This document shows positions 42,044 to 55,154 of a stretch of 64,000 bases of DNA, piece after piece (within the stretch, counting starts at the first letter, position 1; the number at the start of each line of letters is the position of its first letter). The position numbers and the translations under genes are program-made. Origin of the DNA: Kudoa neothunni (lineage: Eukaryota; Animalia; Cnidaria); the NCBI GenBank assembly GCA_964304625.1, contig OZ199838.1:12205553-12269552 (forward strand). Reading direction: 5' to 3'. The notes beneath the pieces were generated by a model. That model was not told the DNA's origin, searched no databases, and saw only the letters and a program-made list of their open reading frames with translations.

Positions 42044-42512
42044 TGTGGTAGTGTGGAACTTTACCCCACTAAACATCCTCGTTTCGGAGCAACCGCCACC
42101 CAAACCATACCCTGGACAAACGTAGAATTATTCTGGGGAAGTTATCTGAATGTAGACTTCGGTTACACGGAAAACACCTTCTGGGTTTTATTTCGTTCCT
42201 GTACCCAGACGTTTATGAGCTATGAGCGCCCGAATTCTACCCTTTCGCCAGGCTCCTCTCTAACTGCAAGCAAGGCCACGATAAATCGTAGATCCTTGCG
42301 ATTATTACAGCTCTCCTACTTAATTTCGAATTAGGAGTACAGGAACTCCCGGACTAGGCTTCGAATTCACATCCGCAAGGTACGCTATCTCAACCTAACG
42401 TCATCATGCCACGTTGTCCAGGCAGGCGACTCAATGTGTGAGTCTCGGGCCCATAGTAACTGTCTCTAAGACTCCTTGGGGGTCCGAGAACACCCAATCG
42501 GGAAGTCGTGAC
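42044..42512 (-). mobile_element. probable LTR remnant with PBS-like site
   Basis: GC-richer island. The minus strand starts GTCACGA, contains AATAAA and ends CTACCACA, followed 4 nt later by TGGTGCC. Confidence 0.4.
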
Positions 42513-42514
42513 TT

Positions 42515-43017
42515 AAGGCTATTAAACTCAGTAAGAAGAAGGCAGAAATGCCTAAAATGCTTTTATGAATAAGTGTTTAAGAACTATTTATAAAACTATT
42601 ATCAGTCAGTCTCTTTCTTTTATGCCTCGTTTATCTTTAGAGATGTGGTCTAATAATAATACTTAAAGTGGCTATTCGCATAGTAAATAATATTTGGGTG
42701 AAACTAATTTTGACTATTATTTAATTATTTCTGACTCTAAGAGCAAAGGAATAGACAAGAAATAATTAAAATTAGGAGAATTTAAAAAAATAAAATCTTT
42801 AGACAGCTTGTGAATCAAATTTTCTGGAAGTAAGACTTTTCATTACACAGGCGTACATATCTTTTAAGATTAGAATTTACCCCTCCAATAGTCCCTGCAT
42901 ACTTAAGCTAGTATAGAGCCTTAAAGTAGACATGAAATCGGCTCCCAAATTAAGGGGGTAAATTTGGGGTTTTGACCAAGCCGGGGATAAAGTTTAAAAA
43001 ACAGTTGAGAAACCATG
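42515..43017 (+). mobile_element. hAT MITE family A, 5'-truncated copy
   Basis: Colinear with 16758-17222; ends GTTGAGAAACCATG followed by gcctaact. Confidence 0.8.
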
Positions 43018-43390
43018 GCCTAACTAACTCATAATTTCCTTTCCGAAAACTTAAAATTTTGGAAGCATAAATTTAAAAACAGCAACTGAACCTTTTGCAT
43101 AATTTTACGAGTAAAATAAGAATATGTACAAGGAATATAATTAGCCATAGAATTTAAACCGCACGAAGTTGTTAATGTTCGTTGCCAATGTTAAAGGAAT
43201 CAAGCATCACCGTAAATAGAAACATGAACTTTAAAAAAAGGCGGTGGTATTATTGACATACATACATACATACATAAAATAAACTTAATCAATAAAAAAT
43301 CAACAAAATAAAAACATTCAACAATAAAACGTGACAATTTACACATTTCAAAAAGTAATACAAACGTCTGCCAGCATGCTAGCTGGTCGG

Positions 43391-45658
43391 TTAGGTGTAG
43401 GAATTTTTCATCCTGATAACAATAGGAGCCGATGTACAAGGAACAACACCTAGTTCGGTGGCGAGGGCGGATATAAATTTAGGAAGGATAACATCATAGG
43501 AGAGATTGAGCATGCAGACAGTTTTTGCATTTTTCCAATTCTCAAAATGATACGGTGCATTGGGGGTGCTGGTGATAAGCTCGTGAGGATCACCTACAAC
43601 AAGTAAGTCATATGTTAATTAATGATGTGGATATTTGAATTACAAAGCTCATTGTAGACGATTGCATCAGTCTGAGCTCGTTCCGAAAATTTGTACGACT
43701 CGCAACAGACCAAAACAGGAACATTAAAAGCGTTAGCGACTGTTGTCACCATTGCGCTGCCAACTCTGCTGATGACAGCTCCATTTGCTAGCAGTCCATG
43801 GGCGCCAAGGAGAACCTTGGTAACCTATATAAACCATTATAAATTGTATAAAAATTTCCCAGAAGATTTTGATCTTAATGAAAGAGAATACACTACCTTT
43901 TTCATCACATAACTAATGCCATTGATGCCAGTGTAAGTGCATTCGATGCCGATTTTGGAGAACTTGTCAAGCATTTTCCTACCTAGAAATTATCGAAATT
44001 TGAAACTCTTCTTACACCTTATCGAATCAACTCAAAATTTACCTTCAAATCTGGGTTTAGAGTCAACAATAATCAATTTTATATTCTTTTTTCTGTTGAT
44101 AGCCTCAACAAGTATATCGCTTATAAGGGAGGAACTGCCAAGCATAAATTAAAAGCTTAAATAAATTCAAATGAATTTACCATGCGTAGGTTAGAATCAC
44201 ATCATTATTATTAATTTTAGCTTGTGTCACATTGACAATAGTGTTGTGTGCGTTGATAATTCTATTTTGATAGAATTGGTCCAGTTTTTTTAACAAATCT
44301 TCCTTACTCTGATAACAAATTCAAACCGATTAAGAGTTTAAAGAAATTCACCTCTTCTTCTGTAAGAGTGTACGGTAAAGTTGTGATATTAAATTTCAAA
44401 TATTTTATAATATTGCCCATACCAATGGACAATGGCCTGCATTGATTTAGAAAACTAGACAACCAATAGAATAAACATTCAAATCTACAATAAAGTGTCA
44501 CCTTATTGGTGGTCTCAAAGATACTTCCATATCCCTGGAGAGAACCTTGTCACTTGGAGTTTTGTAATTTATAACGAACTAATGTCAACCAAGTGTCACA
44601 ACCAAAATCTTCAACAATAATTACATTTCTAAGTGCCATCAATAAAGCTATTGATCTAGCGTTGGATCCAATCAATATTCCATCGGAGTATTTTAAACCA
44701 AGTACAATAAAATCATATCCAATACTAGTGGATAATGAACTACACAACAGAAGATTAGTGACAATTTAAAATTCAATCAATCTCTAGCTGAACACACTTG
44801 AAATTCTGCTCAATTATATAAGGTTTGTCGTATTGTTTTAGATGAGAAAATATAACCATTTTTCGAGTAGTTTCCACACGAATAGGTATCTGTCGGTGAC
44901 AAATAATCATCTACTTGAGATAAATTGATATAGATTGATTACATTTTGTTTGCTGAGCTTTTTGTTCATTTTCTTATGGAAACGAGGATCATCCATATGA
45001 TTTCGTGACCGCACAGCTTTCTCGCTTTGGCCTTGATCATCTAAGGTGGTGTTCTTTGATGGATTCGAATCATTTAAGAGTGCGACTTCATCTACAACAG
45101 CTACATTTTGTTGACCGCTCTTACCCTTGGTGGACGCATTTTCTGTCAAATTCATTTCGTTTAATGTTTGATGGATATCTGGTTCGTCATGGTTAGGAAT
45201 TGATTCAATAACGGGACGAGACGTCTCTTTGTCTTTGTTGTCCGGTTTTTTCTTTGTGTCACACTGGTTAACCACTTTCTTTTGTGGTTTAACCTTTTGT
45301 GGTAAGCCTTTACTAATCCGTTCTAATTTTGCCGCCCGTTGAGCTTCCTATTCAATGACAAATTCAATAACAACAATATATCCACAGTTAACTTTTGCGG
45401 GTTTATCGCCAGCACTAATGACCATTAAAAACCACATGAACAAACGTTACCTGCAGAGCTCTTCGTTCCGATTTAGTTAGCTTTGTTTTAGCTGGTTTTA
45501 AATCAGCATTTACAGTACTGTTTTTTTCTATTTTTGGTTCATTTGCTGACACACAATTTTGATGATGTTCATTACATCTCGTTGAATCTTCTGTTTCTCT
45601 GGAAAAATAACGTTAGCTGATGGGATAAAGAAAAGATAACACGTATTAGTTACTTCAT
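43391..45658 (-). CDS. EIF2B4: translation initiation factor eIF2B subunit delta
   Basis: TKSERRALQ|[93 protein letters not shown]. Confidence 0.92.
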
Positions 45659-48347
45659 TTTTCTTCAACTTAAAATTTAAGTTCTTTCACCAAAATAATA
45701 ACCTAGCTACCGACTAATCCCGATCCTTGCACGATTCATTTGCGATACTCACCAGGTTGCCACATTGTACATTGTTACGGGACCTTTTTATTGAAGATAA
45801 TAGATTTTTGTTCGTTTGAATATTAGTTTTGTTCCAAAATTTAAATTAGATTTTTACATTTATTGTAGAATGTATTGTATGGTTTTTAGGTGTGTAAATA
45901 GAATAATTTATCAATAAATAATTAAATATCAGCGTACATTCAAAACATAATCATTAGGCGTGTACGGTTCAATCGTGGATTTCGGGGGATTAAATTCAAT
46001 TTAATTTGATACACGCGTTTAATGCCGAATTAGGTGGTATGATGATGTTCCCAATCAATAATCCATGATACTCTGCGCGCGTGCTAATTTTTCTTAACTT
46101 GTAACACTGAGTAGAGATTTAACTAACCAAATAATAATTAGTCTTAACTCAATTAATCGGTGATAAGCTTAGAAAGGTTTGCAGTCGCATGTTTGTGGTG
46201 ATTATGGGTGTCATTGTTATTCTAAAATTTCTGTTGGAGAATTCGTCGTGCGACGAATAAGATCACTTTTATTTTGGTTAAGTTGTATAAAACGATACAA
46301 TTTTATTAATATTAAAAAGGATATTTTTATATCAGTGGTTATCAATCGGTGTTTGGTGAGCTAGCGTCAAGGATTCGACGCATCGACGGATGAGGAAATT
46401 TTTACTGTTGGTTGTGCGAAACGTACATCAAAGATTTAATAATACCGATTGGAAGTTCCTTCTTGTTATTTAACTACAGAGACGGCCATTTAAGTTCACA
46501 AATATTTAAAACATTAAGTTTATTGTTAAATCTTATAAAAATAATGATAGTTTATTTGAATAATTCACCATTTAAGTAAGGACTCCTCACCATCTATTAC
46601 GTTTTCTTTATGATGAATACACGGCTTCTATGTGCAATAAGCATTCTGCGTTTTCACTATTCATGTCTAATCGCATCAATCTTGGCCCATTTGTTGTTTT
46701 TATTTAGTATTGCTGATTATTATAAATATGAAAATGGTCAGAAGAGTACATTAAATATGGGATCTCTGCGGTAACCGATTAACATGGAAGTCAGCATTAA
46801 CCATATATTGCGGTGTAATGTTGTATTAGGCAATTATAACCTCGTAACCTGTAAAACTAGATGATCGTTTTGTAAACCTTCATGATAATATCCAACACAA
46901 AAATGCAATAATCGCCGATTTTATAGCTAAAAGAATAAAACTGGAGCTAATAAAAACTTTAACATGTCTGGATTTTGTGTGAGTGAGAAACGAGTTTGAA
47001 AGGCATCATGCAAAACTTCGTATTTGATTGTTAAACTAAATAAGCCTCGTACAATCGGTGATTATGAGTGAGGTCAACTTCTGTGAAAAGGGGAGATATT
47101 CTAATAGAACGGGCTGCTGAACCTAATTTGTCTAAAGTCTCATTTTTTGAAGGAATTATACTAAGTTAAATTATGAATATGAATACTGCGTTCAAAAGAA
47201 AGTTCCATAACGTCCATAAAACACTTCACAACAAAGAACAGTACTCTAACTGGACTGATTGTTTATATGAATAGGGAGAGAAAATGTAGCGATTAATAAC
47301 GACGTTGAATTGACAAAATAACAAATTTATTCAGGAATAAATCTTCAGTCATCTACTTGAAAATTTTTAATTACATTTAATAACACGTGTATAAACGTTA
47401 AAGTGAGCAATGACATATGTTATGGCTAATAGATAGCGCGGACAGGGATTAGGATTATTATTAGTATTGGTATCACGTTGGAGTTTCAAATATTGTTTCT
47501 ATTCGCGTTGCTCATACTTCACAACATATTATCGCGAATAATGGAACATCTGCTTTCAAGCCCATTTAAATTCAATCTCCATCTTGATACTTGATTTTGA
47601 GAGCGATATGAGAATCGCATTGACTACAATCAAGATTAGAATTTCTAAAATAATTAATGAAAAAAAGAAACAAATTTTATATTACTTTTATTTTTGATGA
47701 TACAAAAAACTTATTCGTTATTTAGTTCTTAATTTTACTTAATGTTGAATAAGGGTTATACGAATTATATGCATATATATATATATATATATATATGATG
47801 GGATAGAATATGCAATAAATTGAGCATAATTCATTCAAAAAGTTTTATTTAAAGCTTTTTCCCGTAAATTGTTAAAATTTTACTTTACATCTAGTAATAA
47901 ATTTTCAAACAATTCGATATTTTTTATTTTAAGACGATGTTTAGCCGAGAAGGATTATGACAGACGCAATGTGCCTTATTTTATTTAACCTTTAAATAGA
48001 ATGAGGTAGACCTCTACCCCAAGCGGGGTTTGTCGTCACATTTATGACTTTAATAGGAATCCAGTCTTATTGATACTCCCTCTAATATTTTATAATCGTT
48101 GATTCTTTAGATGAACGTAAAATAAAATTTTTTAAATAAATATTAAAAAAGTCAATGCAAAAACACTCTCCAAGTAAAATGGGGTAGAATTCTTCCCCAC
48201 GTTTTTTTGATCAAAAAAATTCAATATATATAAAAAATAATTATAGAACAAATTTCAGAAAATTCCATAGAGTAAATTTTTAAAAAATGAGTAAATATAC
48301 TACAAAGTTTCCGAGTTCGATTGCGCAACGCTAAACGATAATTAATA

Positions 48348-50165
48348 CAGTAGGGTCTCGATATTGCGTGAGTCGATACGGCGTAATTAAAGATTTTTGG
48401 TTCAATCAAACTCAAAATTACCGAAATCGACGGTCTCGCTATTGCGTGGCGTTTTGGATAAAATAATCCGATGAATCCTATATTTGACCCCCCCCCCCCC
48501 CAAAAAAAATTAATGGTAGGACGATCTCAGAGAAGCATAGAAGAAAAAAATTTAATATTACGACTCGATTAAAACAATAGCTGGGGCAAAAATGATGACA
48601 ATGAAACATTTTAACCTGCCAAATAATGACTAGATTTTGGTTTTCGATAAATCAGGATAGGAAATTCCTCTCTCGATAGAATATTATCAAAAAAAGATGA
48701 ACTTATTAGTTCAAATGTCTCAATTGACCGAATACGAGTTTCACGGGGAAAATACACTCAGATTGAAAGTGAGTTGTATAATTGGATAGTTAGCATGCGA
48801 GAAAAAAAGAAAAACATCTCAAAATTTATAATTAAAGAAAAGGCGATGCTTATAGCACATGATCTTCATGTCAAAGATTTTCGTTCCAGTAATGGGTGGT
48901 TTTGTAATTTCAAAAAACGGTTCAGTTTGAAAAATCAAAAGCTTCACGGCGAGGCATGTAGTGCGAATGTGATGGCATCTAATGAATGGATTGGACAATA
49001 TTCGGATGTAATAAGTAATTACAATAATGAAAATATATTTAATCTTGACGAATTTGCTCTTTTTTAAGAACAACTTCCCAAACGTACTTATCGTATTTAT
49101 ACAACAAAAGGCGAAATCGAATTGAGGGGTTGTAAACGATCAAAAAAAGAGTAACCGTGTTGGTAACTGCATCATTGGTTGAAGAAAAACTTTCGCTTTA
49201 TGTTATTGGTAAGTTTCAAAAACCACGTTGTTTTAAAGGGGTGAATGATTTCCCTTGCAAATATTTCTCTCAAAAAAATGGTTGGATGTCAGCGGCTATT
49301 TTCTATGAGATACTAAAAGATTTGGACAACAAATTTTTTAGAGAAAGTAGAAACGTTCTTATGTTATTAGATCAATGCCCTTCTCATCGTTAATCAATTA
49401 ATTCATTTACAAACATCAAATTATTATTTCTCCCAAAAAATACCACCAGCATCGTCCAGTCAATGGATCTCGGTGTTATTAATAGTCTTAAGGCAAACTA
49501 TAAGAAAATATTGGCCCAAAATCTTATATTTGACGACGATGCTACAAATGTTCCGAAATACACCATATTAGATTGTCTAAATACATTAAACAATGCTTGG
49601 GAAACAGTTATTAATTCAGTTATACTAAATTGTTTCAAAAAATCTCCTATTTTCGGTAGTGATAGTTTTGTTGATTTTGAAATATTTAATATACATACAG
49701 AAAAATCATTAATTGATTCGAATTATGAAAACCATGAAATTGTTGACGGTATTAATTGTTGCTTATCTGGTTTGATTATATTACATGACCTCGATGACGT
49801 TGGCGCTATGGAAGAGGCTGAAACTGCTCATGATGATGCATCTTACAACTCCAACACAAGCAAATTAAATAATTCTATATGTACTGAAGACTCCGATTTT
49901 GATTTGGAAAAATAAACAGTTTCAACGAAACAACTAAAATCCTCGATCAGCACAATTAGAAGGGCCTTTATAGCTGAAAACCTTCAGCTTTGCTCTCTCT
50001 ACGTCCTGTTATGGATCATTTATACGAAATATTTAAAAAACGTGAGAAACAAACTAAAATAGATAACCATTTCATCAAAAAATCAGAATATTATTTGTAT
50101 GTGAGCGTGCGGGAAGCCTCGATATTGCGAGTGGCCTTGTCATTGCGTGGTAGAATGTTGCCCGT
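48348..50165 (+). mobile_element. Tigger/pogo (CENP-B HTH + DDE_1) transposon, pseudogenised, 3' TIR missing
   Basis: TA|CAGTAGGGTCTCGATATTGCG; FRSSNGWFCNFKKRF, LHGEA, IFNLDEFALF, GKFQKPRCFK, NGWM, LLDQCPSH, MDLGVI; stops and frameshifts; repeated ctcgNtattgcg subterminal motifs. Confidence 0.9.
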
Positions 50166-50319
50166 TGTTCCAGAGCCTTCTAGCAATTTTTATGATGGTC
50201 AACTCATCCACAAGCTGTATACAGATTTTATTTTTTGGATTTTGCTAAATCAAATTAATTCTTTCCCAATCCTTCGTTCTTATGAACCAGAAATAATTAA
50301 AAATAGTAAAAACTAACGG

Positions 50320-50602
50320 CACTTGAATATTATTCACCGTGAAAATACTCATTTTAAGCATTAATATTATTATTAGGCTACATCATTAAAAGATAGAGGA
50401 GACTGAGAATAGTTTTATAAATAGCTGTTAAAGGCTTATTCCTGAAAACATCTTAAGAATGTTTACCCAATTATTATTGAGTTTAATTGCCCCGAATAAT
50501 ACAATTCCGTAGAAATCCGGAAGTATGCCTCAAACCCATAATGCAAAAATTCTCCCTACCTAATTTTGGTGTCATTTAATTTACCCCGGTTGAGAACCCC
50601 TG
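50320..50602 (-). mobile_element. hAT MITE family A, 5' half, inverted
   Basis: Reverse complement begins CAGGGGTTCTCAACCGGGGTAAATT.. and aligns to 16625-16900; flank ctctatag. Confidence 0.75.
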
Positions 50603-51889
50603 CTCTATAGGATTTGCTAAAATTTGTTCTAAAATTTTTTTTATACATATTGAATCTTTTAATCAAAAAAATGTGAGGTTAATTTCTACCCCATTTTACT
50701 TGGAGGGTGTAAATTTTTGAGTGACTGCTTTAATTCATTTGTTGTATTTTGTTTGCGAAAATACAACAAATATTTGAAAGGTAAACCTAATCGCCGACAA
50801 CAGTTTTTGTTGGATCTCTCCGCTTCTTTGAATGAAAGCCACTAGAGGAGAAGAGCTGAAACCCAAAGGATTGGATATCAAACGTTCTCTTGAGGCAGTT
50901 TGGTTTAAATTCAATGAGAATAATACGTCATTTACGGAAGCTAACAATGTAAATGTCCGGAAACGATGTTGTTCACGTAATACACGCATCATAAGGTGAA
51001 ACAAACAATTGTAAATACGCCAAGTATTCAGCAGCGCTATATGCAACGAACATTCAGTAAAAACATAAACCTGTTTTGAATGCTTCCAAAAATAAATTAT
51101 CTATTATCGTGTATTTTTATGGCGCAATAACGTATTGAAGTAAGCAGATACAGTTTAAAATATAATCAAATAAAAAATAGAAATTAATCCGAGTGGGCTC
51201 GCTGAACCCAAGGTCGCCTAAATCAGAAACGCCAGAAAATCATCTATTGATGGTAAATAAAATTATGGATATTAATTAAATAAATAAATTAATTTAAAAT
51301 ATTTATATGTATGTTAGAATTATGCATTAAAATAAAATAGGGTTCGTGCTAAGCCCATCGACACATTTGACCGGGTTTCCCGATTGGGGATCCGAGACAC
51401 ATCTTCAGTCAACGAAAAAATTTTAACGCCGATCATGCCTCGTACACAATGTACAGATTCCAAGAAATCAGAATCTCGCGAAAATATATCACGTTAAGTT
51501 CGTGCGCAATTGAAGCTGACAAAGTCTGATAAACAAATAGCCATTTGATGAATTTTACAGATAACTAATTTTTTCAATCTATTTTTTATTTACCAGTACA
51601 TAAAAAATACCTTATTTCTTTTTCATTCAAAAATAAAGTATTTGATTAGAATCTTAATTAGTTCATTATAAAAAATGTTAAAATATTTACTCTTTAATGG
51701 AACAAATAAACCTCTTATGAAGTGTTTCAGAATAGATTGAATTATTAAATCATTCATTCATTTTTTAAGTAAACTATATGGCAAGTAAGAATTAGACTTT
51801 AATTAACGCCAAGATTAAGTTTTTAATTTTGTTTGTTGAATTATTTTAGATTTTTACATTACAAATTAGAATCAATTTTCATTCAAAAA

Positions 51890-52340
51890 TTATATAAACT
51901 AAAACTTTACCTTCGAGATTGAGTTATATGATTATTTAACTCTTAAATTCATAATTAAAACAAAAAACTACAATCCCAAATTTGGCGCAAGCGCCACCCC
52001 TCGTTTGATATTTTGCATTAAAATATTATTAAATTTGATACATTTATAAAGTATGAAATATTCATACCTTTATCTAAATAAGGGTCCCGTTTTGGTTTAA
52101 TTATTGTCCAAAATGGAAAAAGTCAAAACATTTAATTATTATCAGTTGTATTGATTTCATTTACATCTGTTTCCCTGTTAAAGCAGATGCCATTTTACCT
52201 TTTAATGTAATACTAGTAAAATAATATTTCCGCCTAAAAATGAGTCAATTTTTAAATCGTTTTTTTTGAGAAAGGTGCGGAGTTGTCCCCACAAGTGGTA
52301 AGGGGTGCTGAAACTAAAATAAATCGGCGAGCGCTGCGTT
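51890..52340 (+). repeat. dispersed repeat, copy 2 (copy 1 at ~13190-13640)
   Basis: Colinear similarity to copy 1. Confidence 0.7.
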
Positions 52341-53429
52341 TGGGGATCACAAGTAAGGAAGATAAAAAACCAACGATGTAGCCATGATGGACGTAAAAAC
52401 AAAATAAATGAGTTTAAAGTGTTCTCTATAAATGTAAGTGAGCATATACTTTTTATTGATAAAAATGATGAATATAAACAAAGTGAGGGTGACCAGCCGT
52501 ATACACAACGACAATCCGTAATCCAATACCTATCGCAAGATGATACCAAATAGATGAACAAAAAATATCTTCTAATAAATATTTTTATGGTTTATTACGT
52601 TGTTCTAGCATCCCGCACGAAAGTAATAGATGAAAACTATACGTAACGTAGTCTAGAATTTTATGCATTAAGTTTAAACACACCTATACATTAAAAATAA
52701 CAGAAATTGTTTTTGGGCACATTATAAAATACAATTATTAATTAATTATAATTAGGGATGACCTCGCATATAAGGGGCCCTAATCAGGCCTGGCAATCCT
52801 TTCTATTAATGTTGATTCTTTCTGCAAAGAAATTACAAAGTAATTTCTATTCTGAAGATTCTTCAGTAAAATTTCTCTTTACGAAAGGGTAATGAAAATG
52901 CCTAGCCAATGATTTTATTACGGAAACATTTGGCTCTTTGTAGATTGCAGCGAATAGCGTATTACAAAAAAAAGAATGTCGGACGAAAGTATCCCTTTTC
53001 AGTGATACTTGTGGATTGCCGATCTCGCTCATAATTCATCCGGTGAATTTTATATTCTGCCAGATAAATGATTACATTTTATCATGGCACACAATTTAGG
53101 CTACATAAAATTCTATTATGTATTTAGTATGCGTGACGTCTCTACTGACTTATCACGCGGTAGCTTACTATGTAAACTTAATAATTATTAACTGTAGTAT
53201 CGTTAATTCTACTTGTCTACCTATATACGCGCGAAGTTATGGCTCTCAAAGTATTTTTTTTCTTTATGCAACTTACCAACAAATGAGATGCTTGAATTTT
53301 CTAACTATTGGTCGACTGGAGTACAGTCAACACAACTCGGTTTTATAACTGGACACTCGACAAATACTATTTCTAGCCGCTGAATGGGTTTATGACAGCT
53401 GGTGGCTGATAGTTTAGATTTCGAAGACA

Positions 53430-53900
53430 TCATAATAGGTGGTCAAGGTATAGTCGTGGAAGTTGAGAATCCGAATTCGCCAAAAATAAATATCACTCTA
53501 AAAATCCTGTTAACGATGCATTGATCCTTAGTGGAGTTGAAACAACCGAAGATACAAGGATCACCTTATTGAAGTCCCTGACAGAAAAGCGGAGACTTCA
53601 ATTTCCACTATTAAAATTTATGTTCGAGGAGGCTCAATAATTAACATAGATTCCTTTTGGAGCTGCAATATTCACGAACAATACTATCATCACCTCCACG
53701 TAAACCATAGTATAAAATTTGTCGACTCCGTGATCGGTGCACACACAAATATCAACGATGGTATATGGAACGCTATAAAATATCGAATTTCTCCAAGAAA
53801 CCTAACATCATCAATCAATGATAACGGAGAAATCGTCCAGTGTCATAGATAAGTTTTTGTTTTGATTCTAATGGAGGCGCAAAAACCATGAAAATCTTTG
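53430..53900 (+). pseudogene. Merlin (IS1595/ISXO2-like) transposase remnant
   Basis: Frameshifted IGGQGIVVEV..ESEFAKNKYH..VPDRKAET..GSIINID..VNHSIKFVD..GAHTN..GIWNAIK. Confidence 0.8.
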
Positions 53901-55154
53901 GAATCATTCAAAAACGTTAATTTTATATAGAACATTATAACATATTTTAATATTTTATCATTTATTGTTGCCGTCCCATCACTCAATAGTATAAAATGAG
54001 CGAGAGGAAGCAGACAACCTGTCAATTACTAGTAAAGTAGCATTGTTATTTTAATGCCGGATCATTTCTCTGGTGGCGGTGCCAGCGTAACATTTACTAT
54101 AAAATATAAGGATACAGCTTGTTCGACAACTAACAACCTGCATCATATGTAGAAATCCGATTTTTGCGCAATAATTCGACGTATGCATTAATAGGGTTAG
54201 GGACCCAATATTGCACCAGATCCTCAAATATACATACATACGTAAGGAGAGGGGAAGAGAAAAAAATAAAAAAAGGAAGGATTGTTCATTAAATAAAAAC
54301 TATTAAGAAAGTAAAAATTGCAAAAATCACTCCCAATTACATAGAATAGAAGAAAATTCTAACTTTACAACATTTGATATATAGAATAAATATTCTCCCT
54401 CAAACGACGCTGAATAAAATAATGTATGTTTTAATAGAGTTTCATTTTGTTTTTACAGTTTGGAGTTTAAAAAGATCATAAAAGTTTCGACAAAAACAAT
54501 GATTCCATTAATATCATATGTTTGTAGTAAAATCAGTTATTTCACAGGAAACTAAATAATATATAGGCTGAGTTGATGATGTCTTTGAATTGTTTAGGTC
54601 AAACACCAACATTGATCGATAATTCTATTAAAATATGTTTGCATCAAAATAATGTATAGACTGCATCGATGATGACATATCATTGTGTAATTCAAACACC
54701 AACATAATACATCGATTAGATTAGTGCATTTACAGACCTTTAATCGCCAAGAGACGTTAAAAACAAAATTAATGATCACAAGAGTTCATTAGTTAAGCAA
54801 TTGTTCTTATCTTCAGAAACACGCGAGGAAATATTTTTTCGCATTTCCAAAAAATAAATTTAGGCAATAAATAAAAAGAATTTCTTTCCGCGAGATCTTC
54901 CCTAGCATTATTAGCAATAGCTTTTGTCATAACAGATTCACAGGATCTTTTGACAAAAATATGAAACAAAGGAGAACAGATTCGGGACAATTAAAAACCA
55001 AAGTCGTCAACCAACAATCTGTCAATAATAAGACACGAAACATTTAACGTCATACAAAGACATCACTTAAACTGCGCAAAAATGAAAAATGATATGACCC
55101 CAAAATAAGACGAATATGGTTACAAAATCTGTAACCCTGGAGCACTATTGAGGT

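Larger units (their letters stand above)
48163..50710. mobile_element. foldback/MITE with ~110-bp inverted arms hosting nested insertions
   Basis: Arm 48163-48272 (ACACTCTCCAAGTAAAATGGGGTAGAA..) is the reverse complement of 50603-50710. Confidence 0.8.

Noticed and set aside
50735-51380. Possible piggyBac remnant (HIALLNTWRIYN)
   Set aside because: One weak motif only; no clear TTAA/CCC termini.
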